DNA from: a virus
DNA length: 64,000 bases
Reading direction: 5' to 3' (one strand)
Virus record (IMG/VR): IMGVR_UViG_3300037245_000888
Coordinates: 1-64,000 of that record
Each line of letters opens with the position of its first letter. Positions within the stretch are counted from its first letter, which is position 1. This document shows, one piece after another, positions 13,669 through 24,739 of the stretch. A model generated the notes under the pieces. The model was not told where the DNA came from and searched no databases. It saw only the letters and a program-made list of their open reading frames with translations. The position numbers and the translations under genes were made by a program.

Positions 13669-14832
13669 ATGAAAGTAATATGCGTAGAAGATTATTTAAG
13701 CACAAGCAGAATATCAGTTGCTGTAGGAGATATATTGGAATGTGAAGGTGATAAGATTCTTAAAAACGACACTTGGATATGCGATATTAATAGTCCATTT
13801 GGCGAAAGGTACTTTGAAGAATATCACGAAGCGATTAAAAGTAATTACAACAATCAACTAACAAAAGAAGAATCAGATCATGTGGCACATACTTTAAACG
13901 AAAAGGAGAGTAATAAAATGAATGTAATTAAAGCGGTAAAAGAACTAAACATTGATACAAAAATATTAAAGTCAATTGAGCAATATATAGTTGACTCTGA
14001 TACTGTTAGATTAACACCTTCTGGATTAGCTATTGATGGTAAAGTTTTCTCTAGAAAGACTGAACAATTATTGGACGTAAGAGGTACAGAACTACCATTG
14101 GATATTCCTGTTGGATTCTGTATTCCTACTGATGCAAGTAATATTGCGAAAGGTGATATTATATATAATTCTGAAGGTAAAGCTTTCCATGTATTGTATG
14201 TTAATGAGAAGACTTTTGGCACATTTAATAAAAAGAAAACTCCTAAAGAAGTAATCTGTATTTCACCTAATGAAGATAGAAAGATTACAATGATACCCAC
14301 TGTAGATATATTTGGTAATCAAGTTTATAACAAATTGATCACACCATTTAATTTTGATATGGGATGTAATCCTTTATTAAATGTTGCTGCAGTATTAGGA
14401 ACGAGTATTATTAATAAAGATATTAATTCTGCTATTGATACCCTGTTACCACAATCATTAAAGTTGATTAGTAAGATTGATTTAAATGCTATAACTAGTG
14501 ATAAAAGAGTAGTATTCTTAAGTCCATTATTGATATTCTTATATAAAATGAGTAAAGATAAAGAGTTTGACTTGAATAGTGTTAAAGATTATATTTTCAA
14601 TATAGACAAGAAAACAAAGATCTTAATCGTTCTTGCATTAGCAATGGTATTATACATATCAAAAGATAAAATTGCAGAATTGATTATGTCAGACAGATTA
14701 GATAGAATTCCATTGGTAAATAAAGTAAGTAAGCCATTAGGTAGATTGCTGGTTAAGATACCTAGTGTAAAGTTGAGTGTGATTAAAGGATATAGTGATA
14801 GAATTGTTGGTATGTTTAAGAGTGGGGAGTAA
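13669..14832 (+). CDS. hypothetical multi-domain protein with a C-terminal hydrophobic segment; probable second in-frame start at 13918
   Basis: 387-aa ORF; internal AAAGGAG plus ATG in frame. Confidence 0.7.
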   Translation: MKVICVEDYLSTSRISVAVGDILECEGDKILKNDTWICDINSPFGERYFEEYHEAIKSNYNNQLTKEESDHVAHTLNEKESNKMNVIKAVKELNIDTKILKSIEQYIVDSDTVRLTPSGLAIDGKVFSRKTEQLLDVRGTELPLDIPVGFCIPTDASNIAKGDIIYNSEGKAFHVLYVNEKTFGTFNKKKTPKEVICISPNEDRKITMIPTVDIFGNQVYNKLITPFNFDMGCNPLLNVAAVLGTSIINKDINSAIDTLLPQSLKLISKIDLNAITSDKRVVFLSPLLIFLYKMSKDKEFDLNSVKDYIFNIDKKTKILIVLALAMVLYISKDKIAELIMSDRLDRIPLVNKVSKPLGRLLVKIPSVKLSVIKGYSDRIVGMFKSGE

Positions 14833-16075
14833 GGTGTAGGTTAAGGAGATTTTATGAAAAAGCTAAATAAAATAATACAAGGAATTAAATCTCTATGGTG
14901 TTGGAGAAAGGTTATATGGAATAATGACTGGTATGACTATGGGTTTCTATTAGATCTAATTGAGCATCAATTGAAATTAATGACCAGAGATGAGAATAAA
15001 TCATATACAGTAAGTTGGGATAAGTATAAGAATGAAATGAAAGACTCATTAGCCTTATTGGAACAATATAGAAACTGTGATGATTGGGATGTAGAGCAAG
15101 AATGGTTTGATGAGTTTATTGGAAGTTTGAAGACTATGAGATATTGGTGGGATTAGGGGAGGTTGGATAAGTGAAAGAAAATAAAGTAATACTAAACAAT
15201 GGAAATTATAAAGATGGTGATGTTCTAAAGTCAATTGAATCTACAACTGATCTTGGATATGGCACCAAAGACTTTCCAAAAGAAGACCTCCTAACAACCA
15301 CTTTTTATTTTAAGATTTCTCATGAATTAGAATTATGCGTTGATAAAACTAAACCATTATATTGTAAAGTTAGTTTTACTCATGAAAAACCATTGAAAGG
15401 AAAACGTGGGATTATTAAATATGAGAAGACAAAGATTGCTTCTCAAGTTGGTATAAAAACAGTAAAAGAAATGAATAGATTAATTAAGAATATATCTAAG
15501 AAACAATATGATAGAGAGATGTAGATTAAATAAGGCCATATTAATTTATGGTCTTATTGGAAGATTGGAAAGGAGAATAAATGATTAACACAATTAGAAA
15601 AATAAAACAATATTTCTGCAAGCATAGAAACACATCTATAATAGATTACTATACTGTAGATACATGTAGTGACACTAATTTTAAAGAGCGTGATATTAAA
15701 ACTAGATTTCAAGGTGGTAGATATGAATTACATTTGATTGAGAGATGTAATAAATGTGGAAATAAACATGATGAGTTTATGTATTATACTGATTGTGAAT
15801 ATGTATTATATGTATGAGAAAATGTAGGGAGGAGGTGACAAAATGTTATATGTAATTTTGAGTGTTTTATTAGGTGTTGTATTTCCAGTCTGCTTCTTTA
15901 GTGGAATTATTTATCAAGCAGAGTTGATTATATCTGAAAGAAAATTAAATAATAGTAATATAGTAAAAATATTAAATTTAATTACTACACCTCAGAAATG
16001 GATTATTATGGGTATGGAAAGAATGATGGAGTTATTTGAAAATTGGATGGATAAATTAACAGAAAAGGAGTAAAC

Positions 16076-16435
16076 ATGGAAAATAAGCTATTTGAACAAA
16101 TGCAAAATATTATTAAAAATGAATCACTACATGGTACTATTGTTCTATTGGATAATAAAGAAGATCGAGGAATAGGTAAAACTTCTAGCATTTCTATGTT
16201 AGCAGACATATATCAGTTAAAAGTAGGTAAGAAACATAACTATCCAGAATGTGGAATAAAGCTAAATACCAATGAAGATTATTATGCAGGTAAAATATAT
16301 AACTCTGAGGATATGTATATACTGGACGAAGGATTCACATTAAACGAAGTTAACATTTTGAAGAAGTATTATAATATCATATTTGCATTGGTTAATGTTA
16401 ATCAACTTAATGGATTTGTTATGGTTGAAAAATAA
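16076..16435 (+). CDS. minimal P-loop NTPase-like protein
   Basis: RGIGKTS Walker A-like and YILDE Walker B-like motifs in 119 aa. Confidence 0.5.
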   Translation: MENKLFEQMQNIIKNESLHGTIVLLDNKEDRGIGKTSSISMLADIYQLKVGKKHNYPECGIKLNTNEDYYAGKIYNSEDMYILDEGFTLNEVNILKKYYNIIFALVNVNQLNGFVMVEK

Positions 16436-16442
16436 TAATAAG

Positions 16443-16474
16443 TAAAGTTAGTCTTAAATGATTAGCTTTATTTT
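16443..16474 (+). terminator. intrinsic terminator ending the + strand array
   Basis: TAAAGTTAGTC / GATTAGCTTTA hairpin plus TTTT. Confidence 0.65.
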
Positions 16475-17627
16475 ATTGTCTGGATTATACCACATACAAA
16501 ACTACCATATTTGAATAAATTAATAAGTTATATGGTGATATGCTGCTGATCATATATAAATAGATTGTTTGTTAGATATTATATAATGTTATCGATATAG
16601 ATGTTAAATAAGCTTGTGAGGATAGGCTGTGAGAGGATTTAAATGGAATGTGGATAGATAGTATCAGAATAATATAGAGTGGATTGTATAGGGTTATAGA
16701 GCTGTTTAAATAGGTTAGTTAGTTTAGTAACTAAGTGATATAGTATATAGTCTGAGTTAGATATGTTGGAAATACTGGATTGTTATGGTCTGTGGTATGG
16801 AAATATGATGGAGTGGGTAGAAATGTGGATTTGTTACTTATATTTGGATAATGTGAATATATGTTGGAATGTGTTAGATATAGTGTTAATATGTGTTAAT
16901 GATGTGTGAGTATATGGTAAATAGAAGGTAATAAGGTGTAAATGGAAGGATGTGGGAATAGAGTGGTATATGAATGGAAGGTAGTGATAGTAATTGTTCG
17001 GAGAGTATGTATATGTTAAATATAGTGATTAGGATAGGGTAGAATGATAGTTATTAGGATTATGGTGTAATTGTATAGGATGGGTATAGATATAGTGTGA
17101 GAGGGTAAATTTGAGGTTATGTAGGGTGTGATGGATATTGTAGTAGTGTGTTGGGAATATTCGTGTGATAAAAGTAGATTTGATTGTTTGGATTAATATG
17201 ATTAGTAGGGAATTATTGGAATATTGTATAGTTGAGATAGTATTGTTATATTGTGATCTGGATTGATATGTAGTGATATAGGATATGAAACGCTAAAAAT
17301 TTTAGAAAAAATAATGGAAAGTTGTGTAGGGATGGGAAAGGTGAAAAAGTGTGAGATGTAAAGGTAGGGGTGGGTTGTGGGGTGATATGGATATAGTTGG
17401 ATTGAGTTGAGTAGGATGTAATGTGAATGTAATGGTATTCTGTGGAACAGTTATGGAATAGTCTACTTAGTAAATCTGGGCGAATGTCAAAGGTGGTAAA
17501 TATTGTAAACTACCCCCTATCCCTTGCCATTGGTAGATTCTGGATAATATGGAAAATTATATTATATATTCAATATGACAATTAAGTAATCCCAACGATC
17601 CCAGAAACATCCTAATATATGTCAGCT

Positions 17628-17656
17628 ACTTCACATAATATGGTATTATGTAACTT
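17628..17656. other. dif-like tyrosine recombinase site
   Basis: ACTTCACATAA-tatggta-TTATGTAACTT, compared with B. subtilis dif ACTTCCTAGAA-tatata-TTATGTAAACT; spacer is 7 bp rather than 6. Confidence 0.5.
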
Positions 17657-17903
17657 CAATATTAATCTCATTATGAGACTGATAACAACTGATCCAGCAG
17701 CAATATACCATAAATTACCATATTATCAATTAATAGATAAATCTCCTAATATCTACCATATAATAGATAAATCAACATATTATCCATATTATGCCATATC
17801 CTACCCATATTTTACCATTTTCCATTATTTTACATTAATTGTTAGTTTCGCCCAATATTCGGCATACCTCGTTATACGAGCTTTCTTATAACACTAAGAA
17901 TGT

Positions 17904-18262
17904 ACTTATCAATTGATAACTATAATTTCATCTAACTACCCCACTAACAAATAATCCTATCTAACTATTTAATTAATATTAACCTTATATCATATCTATC
18001 TAACTATATATAAATTATCAAACCAATTAGAATATCATCTAACTGTATCACTATATCACCTATGTTAGACTGCTATCTAACTACCATATTATACTTATCA
18101 TTTGACAACTATATCCAATCACCACCACTATACTAAGTATATACAATGTATATACAATCATCCCATATGATCCCATATGATCCCATCCCATAACATAAAA
18201 CAATACCTATACCAAACTTATGTTACAACTATTATTCATGTTATAGGATCATATAGGATCAA
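17904..18262 (+). repeat. phased short repeats
   Basis: ATCTAACT at 17930, 17959, 17998, 18037, 18075; a 21-mer at 17904 and 18093 (2 mismatches); tandem GTATATACAAT x2, ATCCCATATG x2.7, ATAGGATCA x2. Confidence 0.75.
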
Positions 18263-19616
18263 TCACTCACATATAACACCAATCAACCATATCCTACTAT
18301 ATCGCCTGTATTCCCTCTCTATTCAATTATACATAACATGCTATCAATAACACCAATAACTAAATAACTATCAATATACCTTACACCTATGTTATATCAA
18401 CGCTTATGCATGATATACAATACCTATCTTATTATAGCTACCATATAACAGGATCACTATATTATAATATATACTGTTAACGTCTTATAAACTACCTGTA
18501 ATCCCTTTACAATCTAATCAATACAATAACGCCTTAATAACATAGTAATCACCTTACAACCCTATATAATGCTATACATAACCTAATCCAAGACAATAAA
18601 AAAAAGAATACCATTTCTGATATTCTAATATTAACTTTATTCTATTTATTGAAATACTTTTCTACTATTAATTCACACATACCGAACCCAAATCCTTCAC
18701 CACAAACAATTTTATATTTTTTATTAAAGAAGTCAGACACCTTTTCACTTGAACCATAATTGGTATAATCATTATCTTTTCCATATACAACCCAACTCCA
18801 AGCACCGCCACTTAATTGATGAGTACCAGCGTATGTCCTTTCAATAACAGGGAATAAATCAAGGTTTTCACATTCCTTTAATATCTTAACTAATTTTATA
18901 GCATTTTTTGTTATGCCATACCTTTGATTACAATATCTAAATGCATGATAATTTAATAATATTCTTCTATCCCATTCGCCAGTCAAATAGTTATCTCTAA
19001 CCCATTTTACTAATACTTCATCACTTTTATTAAATGATATTCTTAAATCCCTTAAAAGGTAATCAAGTGCTAAACTAACAGGGTAATTATTATTCATTTT
19101 TAAAGTCTCCTTCTATAATTGTATAGTCTTCTTCATCTTCAATAGTCCACTCTAAATCGCATATATCTCTAATATCAGCCCATTTAGTATGCTTTTCATT
19201 TTCCCATATAACTATAAATTTTTCTGGCATTTCTTGATTAAAGAAGTTTAAAGCAACTTTCATAATTTTATCATTTAAAGCTTTTTTCTTTTGTTCATCT
19301 GTTTTCTTTACTGTTTTAACTTCTATCATAACAACATTATCAGAATCTACATGTTGAAATAAATCTTTATCGTCAATTACTAACCAAGTAGGAATATATA
19401 AATCATTGTCAATCTCTTTAGTCAAACTCATAGCTACATATGAGAAATACTCTTTTTTATTCGAATACAAGATACTGTTATTTTCTCCAACTTTAAAACC
19501 ATATGCTTTATCAGTAGTAATATAACTATTTCTGTTTACTTTATAAAACGCTTTTTTCATGATGAACTCCTTTATAGTTGTTTTGTTTCCTTCTATTAAA
19601 TTACTTGCTTAACGCA

Positions 19617-19645
19617 AGTATAATCCTATATTATTAGTTTGTCAA
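19617..19645 (-). promoter_or_regulatory. sigma-A promoter
   Basis: TTGACA-17-TATACT on the reverse strand. Confidence 0.8.
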
Positions 19646-20801
19646 GTATATAACATTAACTTGCATAATAATTAATATAAACGTATTATATCCAATTTAT
19701 TACATTTATAAGATCATCTATCATATAACTCTATATATCACTTCATAATCAATCTATAACCAACCTAATACAATAACAACCATCATCAGGCAAACCCTCT
19801 CACAACGTAAAAATAGAGCCATACAATATCATTATGATACCATACGACTCTATTTATATTTACCATTTCTCGCATCTACTACCATGTCGAGTATTATAAT
19901 TATTACAATTTATAAAAGTACAAAATAATCTAGTGTCAAACTTTCCCTCAATTCCATCGTCACATATTACAGTTATCTTATCAGGATAAGACGTTAATCT
20001 AATCCATTTATAATTATTACCCTTTGTAAGTCTTTTTTCATTTGATACACATTTTATAAACTTTGTTTTATCTAATGGATGTATCCCTGTTATTGAGAAA
20101 GAACGATTATATTTTTCTAATTCATAGTTTAAATTACCATTACAAATCACATTAGAAACCATCTTATTTCCTCCTAATATTTTTTACATTTTCCAAGTAT
20201 CTCACATAGCATTATTGGTTCAATTTTATTATATCCTAACTTATCAGCACATTCATTCGATACAATCAAACCATCACTATATAAATCAAATGATGATAAG
20301 TCAACACAATCCCAGACATGCTTATTAACTTTATTATATCCTATTATACGTCTACCATTAAACCAAAAGTCATATTTTGAGGTTCTCAATATCATATTTT
20401 TATTTTTAAGTAAATACATCATACAATTAATAGTTCCTTTTAAATTCATAGTTCCCACCTCCTTTCTGATTTACTTTTCTTTTATTTCCATCCATATCAC
20501 CTATACGAGATAATAAACTTTCTTCTTTCATTAGTTCCCATAATTTATTTTTTAATCCTATTTCATTTCTACCACTTACACTAATATTCATTTTAACTTT
20601 TTTATAAAAACATGTCCAAACGTATCCTGTTATTTTACCTTTATATTTTAATACTATTCTTTCTATTTTGTAATTATCTACGCTATATATTAAAATTGAT
20701 TTTCCTAAATATCGGTTATATGCTCCAATATTAATATTATATCTAATATTCATAATTCCCATATCCTTCCAATCGATACCAACTAACTTATATCATCTAT
20801 T

Positions 20802-20830
20802 ATACTATACCTATTATATATAAATGTCAA
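20802..20830 (-). promoter_or_regulatory. sigma-A promoter
   Basis: TTGACA-17-TAGTAT on the reverse strand. Confidence 0.7.
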
Positions 20831-21993
20831 TAACTATTTAAAGAAATACCTTAATCAATACACCACCTAATCAATCCCCTATATTCCCATAACCATTCCA
20901 CTCACTAAAACCCTATACAATCCCACTACAACGCCTTATAATCAATTAACACTATTATCCCTATGTTATCGTATTACCCTATCAATTATAAACCCTTACA
21001 AAGCCATTTAATAAGATATGATTATCAATTTATACATTCAGCAGCCAACCACCTAAATTTTACCATATTGCAGCTAAGCATATAATAGACATATTAATAG
21101 GATCAATCCTAACGTAAAAAAGAACCCTATATAATAATAGAGTTCTTAAGTTTGATTTATAACATTGCTTTAATTTCTTCTCTTAATCTTTCAACAACAC
21201 CAGCCCAATATTTTAAACCGTGAAAATTTACTGACACATTCTCATTTTCTAAAATCGCTAATACTGCATTTTTTGCCTCTTCTAATTCTTCAAATAACTT
21301 ACTCATCTCATACACTCCAATCATATTATAGTTAGTTTCATTTATTTTAATTACTATTTAAGTAATATATCGGTGATCCCCTCAAATGCTTCATGAACAC
21401 CAAAACCATTAAATATTATTGTATTCAATTCTACAAGACTACCATCCCAACTTGATTCATCAAGACCAAACATTTTTCTAATCTCATCACTCATAATAAT
21501 ATCACCACAAGTTAATACTAAACTTAATACTGCACAATCTGTTTTAACACCAAAATGAGTGAATTTCTCATTTACAGGTTTTTCAGTAATGTCCCAACCT
21601 AATTCATCTATTCTATTAATGATTGCGTTCACTGCTAAATTTACCCCAACCTTATCAGACATACCCATATAAGTCGGATGATACAAAACTTGTTCTAATT
21701 CCTTTACGATATTAATATTTTTCATTTTAAATACCTCCTTAGTATTTATAGTTAGTTAACTACTTCACTCACTCATCTAATGTAAAACAATATCATAGTT
21801 ATTTTCTACCTCAATTATAGCTTTAATACTTGCGTGATCCTTCCATTTTAAAGATATATCACTACCTAAATGAAAGCATTCACAAGGTAACATATTTTTA
21901 ATTATATATCTTAAACTTACAACCATATCATGCGACTCGACTTGTTTTACATATATTTTTAATAGATGCTTAAAAGTCATTTTCTTCATCTCC

Positions 21994-22296
21994 TTAATTA
22001 GAATAACATTTTGAAAGTTTAGGTACAAACATATTAATAAAACAAAAGTTTCGTCTATCAATAAATATTTCAATTCCCATTACGTCATGTTTAAAGTCAT
22101 AGCTATCAGCGTTTAATAACTCATATAATTTTAAATTAAACTCACTATGAGCCAGAAGTAAATCCATTGATAAACCTTTTATATCATTATCCAATTTACA
22201 ATCTTTTAAAATTCTTAATGCTATCTTTTTAATCAATTCTAATGTATTGTTATCCACGTTTAAAAAATCATATTTATCTTTAATTTTGTCACTCAT
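21994..22296 (-). CDS. conserved phage/MGE hypothetical protein
   Basis: MDLxxxH...LL.AD..DF.HD..GI...IDR...F.P pattern recalled from a widespread uncharacterised family; GGAGG RBS. Confidence 0.55.
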   Translation of the reverse strand: MSDKIKDKYDFLNVDNNTLELIKKIALRILKDCKLDNDIKGLSMDLLLAHSEFNLKLYELLNADSYDFKHDVMGIEIFIDRRNFCFINMFVPKLSKCYSN

Positions 22297-23223
22297 TGTT
22301 TATACCTCCAATTTTATAGTGTTCAATTATTCTTAATCTCACAACAAACAATAATCACAAATGGTATTAATATAATCAATCCCATAAGTATTATACATTT
22401 CATACTCTATACCTCACAATCCTTTACATTATCAAAATACAGTTTAAAATCCACTATCAAACTATTTACAATATCTAAATCCAGCTTATCAAATAACAAT
22501 TGTCTCCACTCAAAACATATTGTATCGATATCGCCTGTTAATCTATTCTCTAGCATTTCGAGAGGTGTAAATACTTCACTAACGCATAGATGATTAATAT
22601 TATATATATAACAAATATCTTGTATATACTCGTTATCGGGATAATCAATTTTAGCTTGATCCACTAGTTGAATATATAAGTCTTTAAATGTCATGCTAGT
22701 GTCAAATCTCACAATTTTAAAAGGTGCTTTCGTCTCATCATAATCAAACTTGCTAATCTCGAATACTGTTTGATCCATTTTAAAACTCATGTAATCATTT
22801 TTAACTTGTTCAATTGTCTCATGTGAATGTATATTAATTACAATAAAGCTACAATATTTATGATTCTTTTTAGTGTAGAAATTTATACAATAATATTTAC
22901 TCATTTTATATACCTACCTTCATATTTACATAAGTTGTTTAAACTATACCTATTACTATCATTCCAATCGGTAAACATATAATAATACATATGCTTACTT
23001 TTGTGTCTGCTGATAATTTCTTGATCCTATTAACCAATTTATTAATCATCTTATAATACTTTAGTAATATACGTCATACATTCATCATATGAACCACTTT
23101 TCAATAATGCATCTGTATTGCTATATACATAACTTTTACCGTCTTCAGTTAATATTGTAAATCTACTTACTCTAGTTTTAATTTTACTCATTTTATTACC
23201 TACCTTTTTATAGTTTAGTTAGT

Positions 23224-23595
23224 TTAGTTTAATACTTCAGTTTCAATTGCTTCATACTCTATTAATAGAGTGCTTTCTAGATTATCCAATGTTAAACCTT
23301 TTGCAACACTACCAAAGTTTTCAGAACTATAATAACTTACTGCATCAATAGCCTTTTGAGTATCGTTTGACATATCAGTATCACAATAGCTTTTTACATC
23401 ATCCCAATCAATCCAATCGTCAGAGATATCAATATATAAATCAAATAGTAAGTAAGTTTCTGCATCATCATCATAATTAGTTTTAAGAATATAATAACAG
23501 TCTTCTAAAGTATCTTTCTTTACTAAAATTATACCGTGCTCCAAACTAACATCACCAAAATTCTCATATCCGTTTATAACTTTTAAATCTGTCAT
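23224..23595 (-). CDS. acidic small protein (DNA-mimic candidate)
   Basis: AAAGGAG RBS before ATG at 23595; about 29 D/E versus 7 K/R in 123 aa. Confidence 0.65.
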   Translation of the reverse strand: MTDLKVINGYENFGDVSLEHGIILVKKDTLEDCYYILKTNYDDDAETYLLFDLYIDISDDWIDWDDVKSYCDTDMSNDTQKAIDAVSYYSSENFGSVAKGLTLDNLESTLLIEYEAIETEVLN

Positions 23596-23674
23596 TTTGC
23601 ACGCTCCTTTAATCCCTTGAAAACTCACTAAACAATTTTAGTAAGATTATGAAGGAATTAACCTTCATTGTTAA

Positions 23675-24313
23675 TTAATTAATTCTATAAATATAATAAG
23701 TTTCATCATCTACTACTTCGGTATTTTCATTTCCATCATAAGATGCTAATGTATGAGCGATTCCATCAATAGAAATACATTCTTCAATAGCTTCATCCCA
23801 ATCAATCAAGTTGTTATTTTTTGCGATTTCTGATAACTGCTCTTCTCCAAAATTATCTCTATACCATTCTACTGCTCCACCTTGATAATCGCATAAGTAG
23901 TCAAGAAAATCTTCTTCGGTTGTGCAGTTAGCTTCTTCCATTTCTTCAGTCAATCTATTTGTTTCGTTCCCTTCTTCATCTTCACAACAATCTTCTTCTC
24001 TAATATCATTCATATAAAACTCATATGATTCTCTCATAGCATCCTCGAACCATTCTTCATTTAAACAGTTGTTAATAATCCAACTTTGGAAACCTTCTGA
24101 AAATGACTGAAGTCCCATATCATCAATTAAATTATGAATGGATTCTATTGCAAGCTCTTCTGCTTTGTCTTCTGTCACAACTAAATACTCGCATCCTTCA
24201 AACTCGATAACATCATCACTGTAGCCTTCTTCTGGAAAATCAATATCAAGTAAATTTTCTGTGATTGTGTAGCCTTCCATTTTTAATATTACTATCATTT
24301 TCTCATTTAACAT
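23675..24313 (-). CDS. highly acidic protein (anti-restriction/DNA-mimic candidate)
   Basis: About 60 D/E versus 7 K/R over the last 201 aa; C-terminal DG.AH.LASYDG.E...YYIYRIN; start codon uncertain. Confidence 0.7.
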   Translation of the reverse strand: MLNEKMIVILKMEGYTITENLLDIDFPEEGYSDDVIEFEGCEYLVVTEDKAEELAIESIHNLIDDMGLQSFSEGFQSWIINNCLNEEWFEDAMRESYEFYMNDIREEDCCEDEEGNETNRLTEEMEEANCTTEEDFLDYLCDYQGGAVEWYRDNFGEEQLSEIAKNNNLIDWDEAIEECISIDGIAHTLASYDGNENTEVVDDETYYIYRIN

Positions 24314-24417
24314 ACCATACCACCTTTTCAAATCCCTCAAATTTAATCCCATTGATTAAACTCTTATTAGTAAGTATAAACTAATTGGATCAACTGCTTA
24401 TACTTACCGATTAAAGT

Positions 24418-24576
24418 TTAAATGTTATTAATGTAATCATTTAATATTGTTTGTGCGTTTATTCTTCTATGCAGTTGTTGGCATTCTTCAATTGTGATAT
24501 TACCACTTAAAGCATTTTCAGTTGCTTGTAAATATAATTTATGAAGTTGTTCATTATTCATTGTTTTAATAGTCAT
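24418..24576 (-). CDS. 52-aa hypothetical protein immediately downstream of the hammerhead
   Basis: AAAAGGAG RBS; MTIKTMNNEQLHKLYLQATENALSG...; below the ORF-track cutoff. Confidence 0.7.
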   Translation of the reverse strand: MTIKTMNNEQLHKLYLQATENALSGNITIEECQQLHRRINAQTILNDYINNI

Positions 24577-24597
24577 TTGTGTGATCTCCTTTTAGTT

Positions 24598-24655
24598 TGT
24601 CTCATCAGTGAATAAGTAACCAACTTATACAGACGGTTGTTAGACCGTTTCGACA
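24598..24655 (-). ncRNA. type II hammerhead self-cleaving ribozyme
   Basis: RNA reads UGUC-GAAA-CGGU-cuaaca-ACCG-UC/UGUAUAAGU-ugguu-ACUUAUUCA-CUGAUGA-GACA: complete core (CUGAUGA, GAAA, GUC cleavage triplet) with three pairing stems. Confidence 0.9.
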
Positions 24656-24739
24656 TTTTTAATCAATCCAAACATCATTTTTTAAAAAATTTTTATTCCA
24701 TTCTGATAACGCTTTTTTATTTACCATGTTTTCCTCCAG

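Larger units (their letters stand above)
16480..18600. other. non-coding convergence zone with extreme GC-skew inversion at ~17510
   Basis: Only 4 C in 16801-17280 (hand count); C-rich and G-poor after ~17510; no ORF with an RBS. Confidence 0.85.

Noticed and set aside
17619-17891. 90-aa ORF in the ORF track
   Set aside because: No RBS; composition reflects the C/A skew
17904-18262. Possible CRISPR mini-array, given the Cas4-like genes
   Set aside because: Repeats are only 8-11 bp, non-palindromic and set in low-complexity sequence; no cas1/cas2; the Cas4-like proteins sit in the replication module
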